From: Trichoplax sp. H2
Taxonomy: Eukaryota
Direction: 5' to 3'
Assembly: GCA_003344405.1 (NCBI GenBank)
Contig: NOWV01000002.1
Span: 1 to 64,000, forward strand
DNA length: 64,000 nt
Part shown: piece by piece, positions 40,243 through 52,800 of the stretch
Numbering within the stretch: position 1 is the stretch's first letter
Layout of the letters: each line of letters opens with the position of its first letter
Translations under genes and position numbers: made by a program
The notes under the pieces: model-generated
What the model was told of the DNA's origin: nothing
The model's database searches: none
The model's input: the letters and a program-made list of their open reading frames with translations, nothing else

Positions 40243-41423
40243 CAGGTCTGCTAACCAAGGTAGAAGTAAAATAGTTGCAATAGGAATAAATGATGTTGAG
40301 ATATTAACGATATTCTCGTATCAAAATAATATTACTTGTTCATAGCTGCTAGTAACCATAAATGTTTCAGTTATTAAAATTGCGCTAATAATATTTCACG
40401 TACAGTATTCATTCTCACATATCAACAATAACAGAATAGATAATAAAAACCGAAATGAGAGACAGAATTTATTATAGAATATCCAGTATCAAGCCTATAT
40501 AACAGCCGAAATAAGTAAATAGAATGGATTACACGTCCAAGCATTGACTCTAAAAATAGAACAATAATTATCACCTGTGTTACAACAATAATAGAATTAC
40601 ATTTTCTTTCAATTTTTAATTTGCCCGAAGATATGCGCAATAATTTATCGTTTTTTCTAGCAACAAGCATCTGTCACAATCCTCGCTTGTGGTAAGAATT
40701 TGCAATAAACTCTAATGTAGGTACGATAACTCGGGCTACATCTCTAGTACTTCGAGTCTCCATGTTAGCGATATATGAGAACTTGATTTCTTGGCTGTAC
40801 ACCATAGGCAACTAATTAATTACTTTTTCACGTTGCGACTCCTACACACTTTTTAAGCAATTACTACTTTTATTTTACAACCATGCGCACTCAAATCAAC
40901 TTCTACAGCTCAATTATTACCATCTAGTATGCTGTTCAATCTGCAGTAAATTAACATGCAATAGTTTGCATTTAATATCACAATTCTACCATCCAAAGTA
41001 CTAACTACAAACCTAGCAAAAATTTTACATCAAACATAACATTTGACCTTATTTTGGCTATTCTAAGGTATTCATTATTCATCAACTAGTAATACTTAAT
41101 TGGTAACGCATTATCGTGACAGCATCATATTCAGTCTTATTAATTAATCATGCGTATGCAATGCTGTCTTCCATATTAAGACCCTACATTTAATTATATT
41201 ACTATATCATAAGCTATGATGATATAAAGTCGAAATTACCTATCATACTGCAAGTAAATTTTGCACCTATAACGGTAAGCAGCAGTAATAATTTGTGTTC
41301 TATTTTCCAAGTGTGTACTACATTAAATCAGTTTGGATTTAATATCAACACCTCACAGTGACTGTGTGCCGTTATAAATATGTATAAAGGCGCTCTTAAG
41401 ATATAAAAATTATCCAATGACCT

Positions 41424-42058
41424 TGTGACAGTGTTATATACTGTATTAGAGTAGAAATATCAATGTTAAGATAATTCTGTTAGACTTTCCTTATTTAGTT
41501 AACTTCTAATTTGGATATACTGTGTTTTAATATAGCACTGACTTTTTATGACAGTGACACTTACACACGTACTGAAATTAATAGTTATAATAGGGAATGC
41601 AAATCATCTACTTACAGTTCAAATCATTGTGATTGTAATTTACTTATGATAGATTGTAAATTATCATGGAAATATTCCGTGATAGGATATATCGTAATCT
41701 GACTATTCTGTATTAGTCATCACATGTCTATGTTCGTAAATACTGTTGTCTGCATTAAGGGAGCAGTAGCTAAAATTAATATCCAATTCAGTAAATGATC
41801 CCAATGTTAATCGTATTAACTATGACTCATGAACTATTGAGGAATAGTATATAAATGCAGTATATCGTGTAATAAAGTGGATTCTCAAACTTAGTGTTTA
41901 ACGTAAAATACGAGGCGTTTAAGTCTTTGTGTAGTCTGCTAGTAGAGCAAAAGTGTTTCTGATAGTGCAGATATCGTTCCTTGATGCGTGGTTCAAGGAA
42001 TTGTCTTATTTTTCGTATTGCACATTACGTTATCTTGTTGCAAAGCTGTTTTGTGACA
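41424..42058 (+). mobile_element. Solo LTR (635 bp)
   Basis: TGTGACA...TGTGACA termini; perfect TSD GACCT; TATATAAA at ~41848 and AATAAA at ~41871; empty site in the paralogue at ~7223. Confidence 0.85.
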
Positions 42059-42384
42059 GACCTCTAGATTCTTCATTTATATACGGCTACTATTTTCTAC
42101 TGATAGCAAAATTTGCTCAAATTCCTAATCATATTCAAAGAGGGCTAATCATGTACTAAACTTCAACCTGTCATACTTTAAGAAGTATAAAATCGAGTTT
42201 GTATATGTAAAATTAAAATAGAATTTGTGCCCCTATATCATTATCTCATAACTGAACAACAGTAGTTCGTCAGATAACTTAAAAATCAAGTTTTATTTGA
42301 TTATAATAAACAGTACTTTGCAATATTAATCAAGGCATCATTATTAAAAATATTATTTGAAATGTATGAAACAAATATTGCAAC

Positions 42385-42873
42385 TGTGATGGAGGGTTCG
42401 ATATCTCAGAGGATTGAGATTTAGTCGCCATTTACAATTATTACAACAAAGGGTTTATAAAAGTTATGCTTTATTGTAGGTTAGTAATGTGAAGTACAGT
42501 GAGGTAGTTACGGTAGATCAGCGTGCAAGCTGTCGTGAGTAACGAGTAGAAGTATTAGACTGTGAGAGACTAACTAGAAGACTAACTGAGAGGCTAATGA
42601 ACTCTGAGGTAGAAATCGCCGGTATTTATAGTTTTAAAGATAGAGCACATGCAGAGAATAGGATTGTGGAATTAGATACAACATATACCATAACAGGTTA
42701 CAAAATAGCAGATGATTGTAGAAAACAGCGAGTACCGTAATAACTAAATACAGTAGTCTATATATGAATGTAGAGTAAGCGGACTGTAGATCTGTCTAAA
42801 TATAAGAGCAATACAACAAAATGTCTATATTTAAGAGTAGAATATAGTTACAGTATATTCTAAATACACTACA
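42385..42873 (-). mobile_element. Solo LTR (489 bp), termini like family 2
   Basis: TGTGATG...CACTACA termini; perfect TSD GCAAC; minus-strand TATAAATA (42623-42630) upstream of AATAAA (42470-42475). Confidence 0.85.
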
Positions 42874-42901
42874 GCAACCATGATGTTTGATTGGATAGTT
42901 A

Positions 42902-43018
42902 CTAGTGCAAACTCCCGTCGCTTTGCTGACGGTTTACGATAATGTGCTCATTTAACAGATAGTATTACCATTTGTCGTACTCAGTAGACCTGTCAGAGGT
43001 TCAGTAACTTTATACCGT
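42902..43018 (-). mobile_element. Short Helitron-like element (3' hairpin plus CTAG)
   Basis: First ~73 nt identical to 28061 onward; same hairpin and CTAG|T end. Confidence 0.65.
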
Positions 43019-45133
43019 GTACTGTGTACTATTTATGAAAAATTTCTATACGGATATTTTTTAGAGGAATTAGTATGATATTACCTATGATATTATGCAT
43101 AATGGCTACGACACAGGCGTAGACCGCAGAATTAATAGGCAAGTTAAATTTGAACCGCCGAAATAATGCTATTGTTCACTTATTTTGCCTCTGAAAATAG
43201 GCACATCAATAATACTGATATACATATACGAACGAGTTAATGGAGATCAGTAAAAGTTATTTCTTGCAACGTTTTAGAATATACTAACCTATCCGGTATC
43301 AACGAATTCTTATTATAAGCTCTTCGTTACGATATTGCTCATTAGCTTAATTAAATGCTATAAATGCTATCAGCGACGGAACCATAAATAGTTAGGAATA
43401 AATTTGAACTGATTTTCTATTAACATCTGACCTCGAATCATAAACGAACTTGTTAGCTAATATTGGATGTATGATCGCATTGTACGGATCTCTGATGAAT
43501 TATTAATCTACGTCGACTAATGTTAGCTAATTTGATAATATCTTTATGATCTAAACTTCGATATACGTTGCTTAGGCTCCTTTTTCCTGTCATTATCGGA
43601 GATAATGATATTGAAACTTTTTTATATTTCCATTGCTGGATTTATTCCTTATTTTTATTTGTATACGAACATCCATTATTATTAACGAAGAACAGACTTC
43701 AAATGGTATATGTATTAATAAGATGTACGTAAGATTCATATATATAAATTCAAGTTATGCACGTCATTCAATGGGACTATCTTTGTATTTCAAATTAATA
43801 ATTATTCTACTTTAAGTGCGAATAGTCATAATGAAGATATCTACTGTTAACATTTAGAGAAAATGTAATCGAATATTTGCCGTATCTTCAAACTTGGTAA
43901 TAATTTATTATTATGTTAGCTATATCTACAGCCAGAAATAAAGTTATTATAATAGATAAGAATACCAATGTTACCGCAACGACTAATGCTATGTATTATT
44001 TTACGGAAATAGATAGAAATCACCTCGATGAATTCTCTTATTTTTACTTTCGTCCTGCAAGTAGACAAGTACAATATGTACAGAATAGATTATTTATTCT
44101 GATATTTATATGAAAAGTTTAAAACGAGAATAAATTTAATAAATATTGTCTCTGACTAAGTGACGGAAGCATCTTATTTAATTTTTATATTGAGCTTTAT
44201 TAATAAGTGCCCCTTATAAGAGACAGCAAGGCCTTTCTTTGATTTTATGGGCGCAGTTAGGCTCCATTAATTTCTAACATTTCTGCTAAATGATTAAAAA
44301 ACTAGATCGGATTGATCTGGAATGATTCTTATTATGTATCTACGTTATTATTTTGCTCAATAGTAACTACGATATTGAGAGTTACAGAGCGATTACATAT
44401 TAATACTAAATAATATATACTACATCCAATTTTATCTTACCATTATAATCACTTTTTTTTTATACCGTGCATATTAATTCTATTATGGACTTAAATATAT
44501 GACTAATGAAATTTTAAAGAAAAAAATGATGCTATTCGTGCATTAGCATTGTTTCATAGTACATCTGATCACAATATATAATTAATTATGATGTCTAGAC
44601 ACTAATTAGTCTCCTCCTGTAATATATATTGATCGTTACTGTTCACTTTATATCTGAAATTTAACGTTCGTTAGTTAGCCGTAACTGATTATGCGAAACC
44701 ATAATTTGAAACCACGGTTTGTTGACTGCAACTTTCAATATTAAAGATAACAGAAGGAAAAAATTGTAGCAAGCAAATAAACTCGCATAATTAGGCTATT
44801 TTAGAGCAATAGATTTCAGTAGCTCTAACATATCATACAGTACAGTATGCTAGTCTGTAACCCATCTCAAATTTACTGATTTTGATTTTATCTAAGAATT
44901 TATAAGGTAAAATATGCTTAAATGTTAGGATATTTGTGAAATTAGTTCGTAATTTATATATTACTCAAGAAATAATTAATATCAAAGTGGTTGTACTGCC
45001 AATTAAGTAACAATCCGATAATATTTCCAGTTTCATATAAGTATCATAGTCAAAGTGCAGATATTTTTTAGCTGCTGCAGCCCCCTGCCTTAAGAGCATA
45101 ATCGGTATCTTGAGTTAATCCATATATATGGTC

Positions 45134-45181
45134 ATGGACTAGTAGAAATTACTACTTGTGTAGTTATTTCTAGTAATCCAT
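45134..45181. repeat. Palindrome related to 57260-57337
   Basis: ATGGACTAGTAGAAATTACTAC-ttgt-GTAGTTATTTCTAGTAATCCAT hairpin sharing the TAGAAATTACTA core. Confidence 0.55.
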
Positions 45182-46836
45182 AGTATGATAGTAGTATTAA
45201 TTTCACTCTAGTAGTCGAAGTATATAACGTGTAATATTAACTGTTTGAATATCCTACTGTCGCAAATTGATTATCCCTAGCGAAATTCTTACAGTATCTT
45301 ATTTTGGAAAATAACATAACTTGCTCTTTGCTGATATGACTATTATCTGCTATCTCATACTTTTGCAGGTAAACTGTATACTTTAATAATATGATCTAAA
45401 TTCCTAATATCCATGTATGATTGTCAGGCACGGTACTGTATGATCATATCATGATTTCTACTGCATATTTCGTCTTTAGCTGTTGCTGCTACCCATCGTA
45501 CTTTGCTGTATGTGTTTACGTTTATTAAATGAGCATTTAAGGTAGTAGATTACTTATAGACTTTTAATTTACGTTCCCTTATCGTAAAAGTTAGTTTATT
45601 ACCTTATTAAATATGTTCAATTATCGCATAATAATTAAGTTTATCGTAATGCAAAGCTCAGTCACGAAATCGGATATGCCAATTTATAGGCGTACAAGTA
45701 GATTTTTGTAATGGGCAATTAGAATAAAAGTTTCAAAGTAGTAATATAGCTTAATTTTATTTAATCTAGTCAACGAATCAATCCATCCTGCTTTCTGAAC
45801 TCTTAATGCTGTATTGTTAATAACTAAGCCACAAATCAGTCCCAACCACTTCGAAATATCGTATATACTGTTCTCTAAAATTTATTTTCCGATATCAATG
45901 TGATATCTAGCGAAACAGATAAACTTATTAATCAATTAAAGACCCACAAAATGGGGAATTATCTTTATTAAGCAATTGAGGATACTTCTATTGCAAACGA
46001 TCAATCGTTCAGATTTTGATAGCTATAATCACGATAATATAGCAATTTATTGTACCAATACTGATTTAAAAATCGTTTCCATGACCATAGTTATCAGTTC
46101 AACAGTAATTAATACGCGTTGAGATAACGTTTTTTCTATTTAAGTACTCGTTATTTATGTATATCTGGTATATTTGTAACATGATAAAATAATATACATT
46201 TAGATTGTATTAGAAACAATAGTAAAAGTATCTATATAAATTGAATTCAGCTATAATTTCATATCAGAAATATTGATAATTTCCTATTATAATATTTAGA
46301 GAATTGCATTTCAATAAAGATAATCGGAGCAGTCTATATCTACTTCATACATATATATGTATGCAGTAATAACGTGAGTACCGTAGTTACTAAATTTTAC
46401 TGTCAGGGAATATTTTAATGAATTCATTTTTACCTTCTTCTTTAATCCAGGTCAACTAAGCTAAATCATTCAAAACTGAGATCCTTGTCGATGATTAAGT
46501 TATAACTGAATAGTCTTATATTACTAATAAGAGAGTATCTCCAGAAAAACTACTCTATTTTCTAGCCCTATTTAAACTTATTGAAATACAGTTGATCTAT
46601 ACTGAATTGCATCAAATTATTAAAGTGATAAAATATCGCAAGATTTTGCTATATGTAAGCCATAAACTACTAGTCTCTAACATCGTTGCACATATGAAGA
46701 AACTAAATATGTAGAATAAATAAGCAATAAAGAATGATGATTAGTATTCTACGAGCTATATAAGCGAGGACTTCTGAGAGAAGTCTTTGATATAAGTCTG
46801 TGATAAAATATATCAACGCTTAAGTATTCTCAACAA

Positions 46837-49800
46837 TTAGCAATCGTCAATCTTGTTAATATCAGTAACTGACGCCTTAGAATTCTGTGATGAGTTTTCG
46901 ACTCCAATGCTCCATCTGTCATAATTCAATTATTATCGATATTAGTTTTAACTTATTTAAAGTATGTGTAATATGAGTATTTTTAATGTTGATTATAATC
47001 TAAAATCAGATTGATCATCATATCTGCTAGTTCTATACACATGAATTTAGTTAATTGCTAACCTACTAAATGAAAGGGTAAGCTTATATTGATCTAGATA
47101 GATAAATACGAAAATAATCATGAAAAGAAAAATTATAGTTAATTTCCCAATATTTCGTTAACAAAGCCAATAAACACATGTTTCGCTGGCATATGGAGCT
47201 TTGATGTAAGGTCGAAGGTAAAACTGTAATACTGTACATGAATTCGCTATAGCAGTATACCTGGAGATAGAGTTTCACATACGATTGGACTGCTGACCAA
47301 CTTATTCGAAGTAATTGATCCTCGTGTGCCATCTCTTTGACTTTCACAAGGAGCGTTTTTCGTTACTGAAGCAGGGGTAACTGGTATCTTAATGAAATGA
47401 CTAATGTCTCTAGTCTAGATGAGAAAATAAAGTTACAAGTTTTCAATAAATAGATCAACTTTAACCATAAATAACCCAGCTAAATAAAAGTGAACATTTA
47501 AGTTAAAGCTACACTAAAGCTACTATAAAATGCAATAGAATGAATGGCACTAATATTTTAATAGAATAAAAAATTGTTTTCTATTTTATACCTTCAAATC
47601 TTTACTAGTATCCCCAGGATAGTGAGCAGGAAATATCGAAGTAGAAAATTTAAATTTTCGTCGAAGACATTCTTTTACCTAAAAACGTCGTAATAAAGTA
47701 TTTACTATACGAGCGCATTAATAAAAGCTGCTATCTGTTTTTACAGCTTCTTATTAGCGCTGGATCCTTTCATTTTTTTGATGTTCAGAAATGTAAATTA
47801 AAAAAATATGAAAAATTCAATAGCTGGTTTATTCGATCCAGCCTGTGAAAAACTTACGTCACGATCGGTAAAGCAATGAAAGTAAAAGATTAAGAATCCC
47901 TATAATAGGCATACAATTTCATAATATTAGACAGCACTGGTTTTAACAGTACGGTAGTTACATGATATATCCTAATTATGGCTAATTCGTGAAACTGTCG
48001 GCTAAAACTTACTTGCGGACTATTGATGATCGTAAATAGATAGCCGAAAACAAGTTGATTAGTTGAGAAATATAAGATACCAAATATCCAGGATATCCCA
48101 AATAGGAAGATCAAAGAGGTTACGGCTTTTATTCCGACTCTGTTTTATGAAAGAACTAATTAATATTCCTAATATTTCATTTTATTAGTTGATGGAATTC
48201 GCTTATATATTAACACACATAATTATAATTATATATAGCTGAAGTTCTAAATTTGAATAGTTGGGATCATATACTGCTGTAGTTTCTATCATTACTATTC
48301 TAATTCTTAAAAGTACTCATAGTACTTAAATAAAACCTAATGCAGAAGTTCGCTACTTCTTTGCTTCAATAAGTAATTTAGATTAGAGTTAATTGGTAAA
48401 TCCATCCTTTTTTAATTAGTGATTTCATATCATCACTGCTGAAAAACTTGTAAATTAAATTACTATATTTTAAAGTTATCTATTAAGGGTAAGTTAATTT
48501 CTATATTCTACCGAATTACCACACTATAACTTTTCAGTCTCTATTCGATCATTATTCTAATGGAGTAGACTATTTATATTCATTTTTAGCTAATAATGGA
48601 TTACTTAAGCTTTTGAAGTTCGGTCTTTTGAATCATGGCTGTAATAGAGTAAAGGGATTTCATCGCAGTAACAGCAATAGCACAGTTACACTAAACATAA
48701 ATTAGTATCAAAGAATATTGAAAATTAAATGGCAATAATCTATGTTCATATACTATATTAAAACACTGATGAAAACAAGCAATTACTCTTTGAAACTATC
48801 AGTAATATAGACTGAAAATTAGATTTATAATTATAAAGCAGCATTCATAAGCTACTAATCAGCAGGGCAATAAATCTTATGATGTGATACGTTACGCTAA
48901 ATCAAACTTTATGTTGTCGATTTAAGGAGATACAAACGCAAGGATTAATTATTTAATATTTTATAATCAAGCTTAAAATAAATCTTTGTACCGTAATTAT
49001 TAACATGACAGGTCCAACGAAAAACCACATTTGACCGCTTGCATTCTTTATCCAACAACTATGAATTCATTTTCAAAATTTTCAATCATGTTAATAACGT
49101 TTTATCTTCGTAAGTAACATAAACTAGAAGTATGTCGCCGCTTACTAATCTGAATTCTGATATGCATTTACATCCGTGCCAACTGATATCGCAACAATAA
49201 CTGCTGGAGGAGCTATAAAAATGCGATTAAAGGAAATGGTTCATTATAATTATAGTTATAATCTTATAAGTAAACCACAGCAAAGGTAAGATGCATGTGA
49301 GTAATTGAAACATAAGCGAACCAATTCACTGTGAGTGATATTAACAAATATTGAACAAGTTGTCTTTAATACAGAATCAAGCATCAGTTACCATATTCTA
49401 TCTGAAAATATCAGCTGGTATAAAGACATTCTGACACTATTTCTCACAGCATCATAATTAATATGTAGGATAAAGACTTACACCATCCTAGTATAAAATA
49501 GTATCGCCTAAGTCTTAAATCTAGTTTTCGTCTCATCGACGTGATTTTCTGTAGTAATAATATCGCTTCCATCATCATCCACATTAAGCTAGCTAAATAG
49601 AAAAAATGTAGACCGATGGCGATAGCAATACACAAAGCCTATTAGCCCATAATATGATAAATAAAACGTTAGCCATCTTGAAAATACTAGTGACTGCACT
49701 TTATATATAGAGAGAGAGAATAGTTAACAGTATAAAACTAAATATCATCGACTACAAAATATTTATCCTAATTTAGTAAGTAGCAATTTACCGGTATCTC

Positions 49801-52800
49801 AGTCGCATTGATACCAACTAAAAATCCACAAATAGATGTCGCCATAGCGATAGCCAAATTGAGATGGATAAAATTCTTGATGGAATATAATTTTCTGCGT
49901 TGAAAAATTCGTCAGAGATTGAATACATGATTGAAACTGCATTAATACTTAATCATCAACTTTAGTTAACATCATCGTTGGCAATCTGTATCACTTAATA
50001 AAAATTCGACTATCACATTGTAAGTTATCTATGGTATTGTTTCCACTAAAAAGAAATTGAAACTGCTGTACTTACATCACTATTTTATATAATTTAGCAT
50101 TGACCTCGGTATCATAGGAATTAACAGACATTGAAGTACAGCAATATACAATAAGGATAGGTTGATTTTATGTACGTGACTATACGCGTATAATCTATTT
50201 CATAATTGATTCAATTTCAGGTAAAAACGACGTACCTATTTCCAGTAAATATAATAATCATAATGATCAGAGATGACAAGGAAATAGTATAACCAACGTA
50301 GGTAAAACTGCGAAGAATACCGTCATGAGTTGGACTTAGCGCCTATTTAAAACGGCAAATAGAATTATTGAAATCCTCTCTTGGTTTATATAAGTAATTT
50401 TTCGTCCGATTTATGTATCCTTGAAGTATCATAACAACTTCAGTAACGTACGCAAAGTCATTTACCAAGTTTGCCACTAAATTAGAATTAAGTTATAAAT
50501 ATTACCGAATTAACATTAATATTGAGACTATTTAAAGAAGGATACTTCTAAGATTGGATTGTTTGATTTAGCGTAAATGCAGAATTTCAAGTTTCAGATG
50601 ATATACCTTTGAGCCTTGCATAATAACTGCAAAGCTCGTAAAATGGTTAGTCATACAACGGATGATAGTAGAATTAGAACTTTTTAATACTAGTCCATAA
50701 TCTGACCAACAATTGGATCTAAAATATGAACATTGAAATATATCAGTTAATTAAGAAGCAGTGGTGGAAAGCAATCATTTCTTGAAGTGACTACTTTACA
50801 AGTTTACCCTCTCTCCCAATAAACACATTGATAAGCTGGTTTAACCTTGATAGAAATATTCATATGAGCTGTTAGTGCTAAACTGTTACGTTTATGTCAT
50901 AAAATCATCATATGAGGATGAAAATATTATACGAACTTGATAATGCTGTACTTTAAACTTGAGCTCAACTGGTATATTAAACTTTTGATGGTGGATTGGA
51001 ATTACTGAACAAGAAACAATATCGGTGATAACATTCGCAGACGCATTTGCAACGCTAGCAATGATTAATCATCGAAAGAGTTATTCAAGAATAAGAGCAG
51101 CCAATAGAAAGCGATTTTAGGTACTGCATGAAAAGTGTCAAGAATACCTGTGATTACTTCGATACTTTTGACTTCCATCTAACTTATAAAGCCGAATAAC
51201 TATCGTGATCACCTCATCTAGAATTTTTATAGAAACAAAATCATACATATGTATATATTTAAATTGGATAAATGTCCACATTGATTAATATGAATTTCAT
51301 AAAACTATTGTGCAATTCGGTGTACGGCCATAACAAAATTCATAAAACCAATTATTAGCTAGCAAGAAAAATTGTTTCTGAGATACTTGCTTTGTTAGCA
51401 CAATACTTGGATAAAAAATATGATGTATGGTAAAGTACTCTACCTAATTAAATAAGCAAGAAAGTAACTTTATCTTACCGTCATGAAAAAATTTAAATAC
51501 AGACTTAGGAATGACAACTTCAGCAGTAGAACTATCTGATATCGATAGTCTAAATGTAGTTACCGCTTTTATATCAGATACTGGAGCGGATTTAATAATC
51601 AATTCTAGAATAGACAAAGATGACGATAAAATTACATGAACAACTTCAGTAGACAGAATTCAATTCTTAATAACTATTCTTTCTATGAACTATGCTGAAA
51701 TTTAATATATCAAAGCTGAAAGCAGGCAGTTTATATCTTTAAGCTAAAATGAAAATATTATAACTTTTTGTAATCAATAACAATAAAATATGTAGCTGGG
51801 AGAGCCATAAAATAATGAACGCAATTAAATCATAACAACATAAGAGAAAACTTTTCTCTGCCTAAAATCCATTATCAGATCTAGCTACCTGAATCCAGAT
51901 TGGATATGGTGAATTCACCGACAATTTTTGCTTTGTTCAATTCTTTAGCCAATTTAGCATCGTGTTGTTCAATTTCTTCTACAGTAGATGTGAAATTCTA
52001 AACGGTAAAATGGAGAAAAAAGCTCTCATTAAGAGCAGATAACTGCTAATTTATTATATTTACTAAAACTAATCACTGGGATTCCATTAAATATATGGTC
52101 TCAATAATTAACAATCATAAAGTATGCCATACATCATAAAAGTATGCCAATAAACTAAAATTTAACTCAATATGTAGCCTAACCTCGCTAGCTTCGCTGG
52201 TTGCCTTTGCCATAAGGCGATTATTTCTTGATCGTACTAGATTAATCTAGATCAAAGTAGAATTCAGAAATGGTATTATGGAATTTTTTATGCTTAATCA
52301 TTGCTAGGCCAATCCTCTTACTGGTACTTTACTATCTTGATTTCAATTGCTAATATTAATCTAATACAAGTAAAATAGTGTTTAAAATTGATATATTCAA
52401 ATTAACGTCAACTCTATTTTTCCTGTATTTACTAAGGCTAACATTCTCTTCAAGCTTAGTTAGCGTCGACTTAAAAATTTTTGCGTGCCATGTTCAAATT
52501 ACTTGCTCTAGCTTATGTCTTTATTTTCAATTTAAGTAATGAAATAATAGACCCTGTAAATGGTCGAGTAGTAACAAAACAATCGCATTCAAACTTGAAA
52601 TGATGTTTTTCAATTTATGATACTGCTGTAGGATGCATTATCGTCTCCAACGTCACTGACAAAATTGGTTCATAGCTTGTCCCTCAGTATAAACGTTTCT
52701 TTTTATTGAATAACTTATCTTGCGATATTTCTAGTACTTACCAAGTTAGAAGTTTTGTTTTGGCTTAGGGAATTAACAGCGTTGCCAGACGGATCTAGCG

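Noticed and set aside
45422..46181. Candidate LTR TGTCAGG..TGTAACA with 4-bp TGAT flanks
   Set aside because: A 4-bp match is easily chance; no empty site or second copy.
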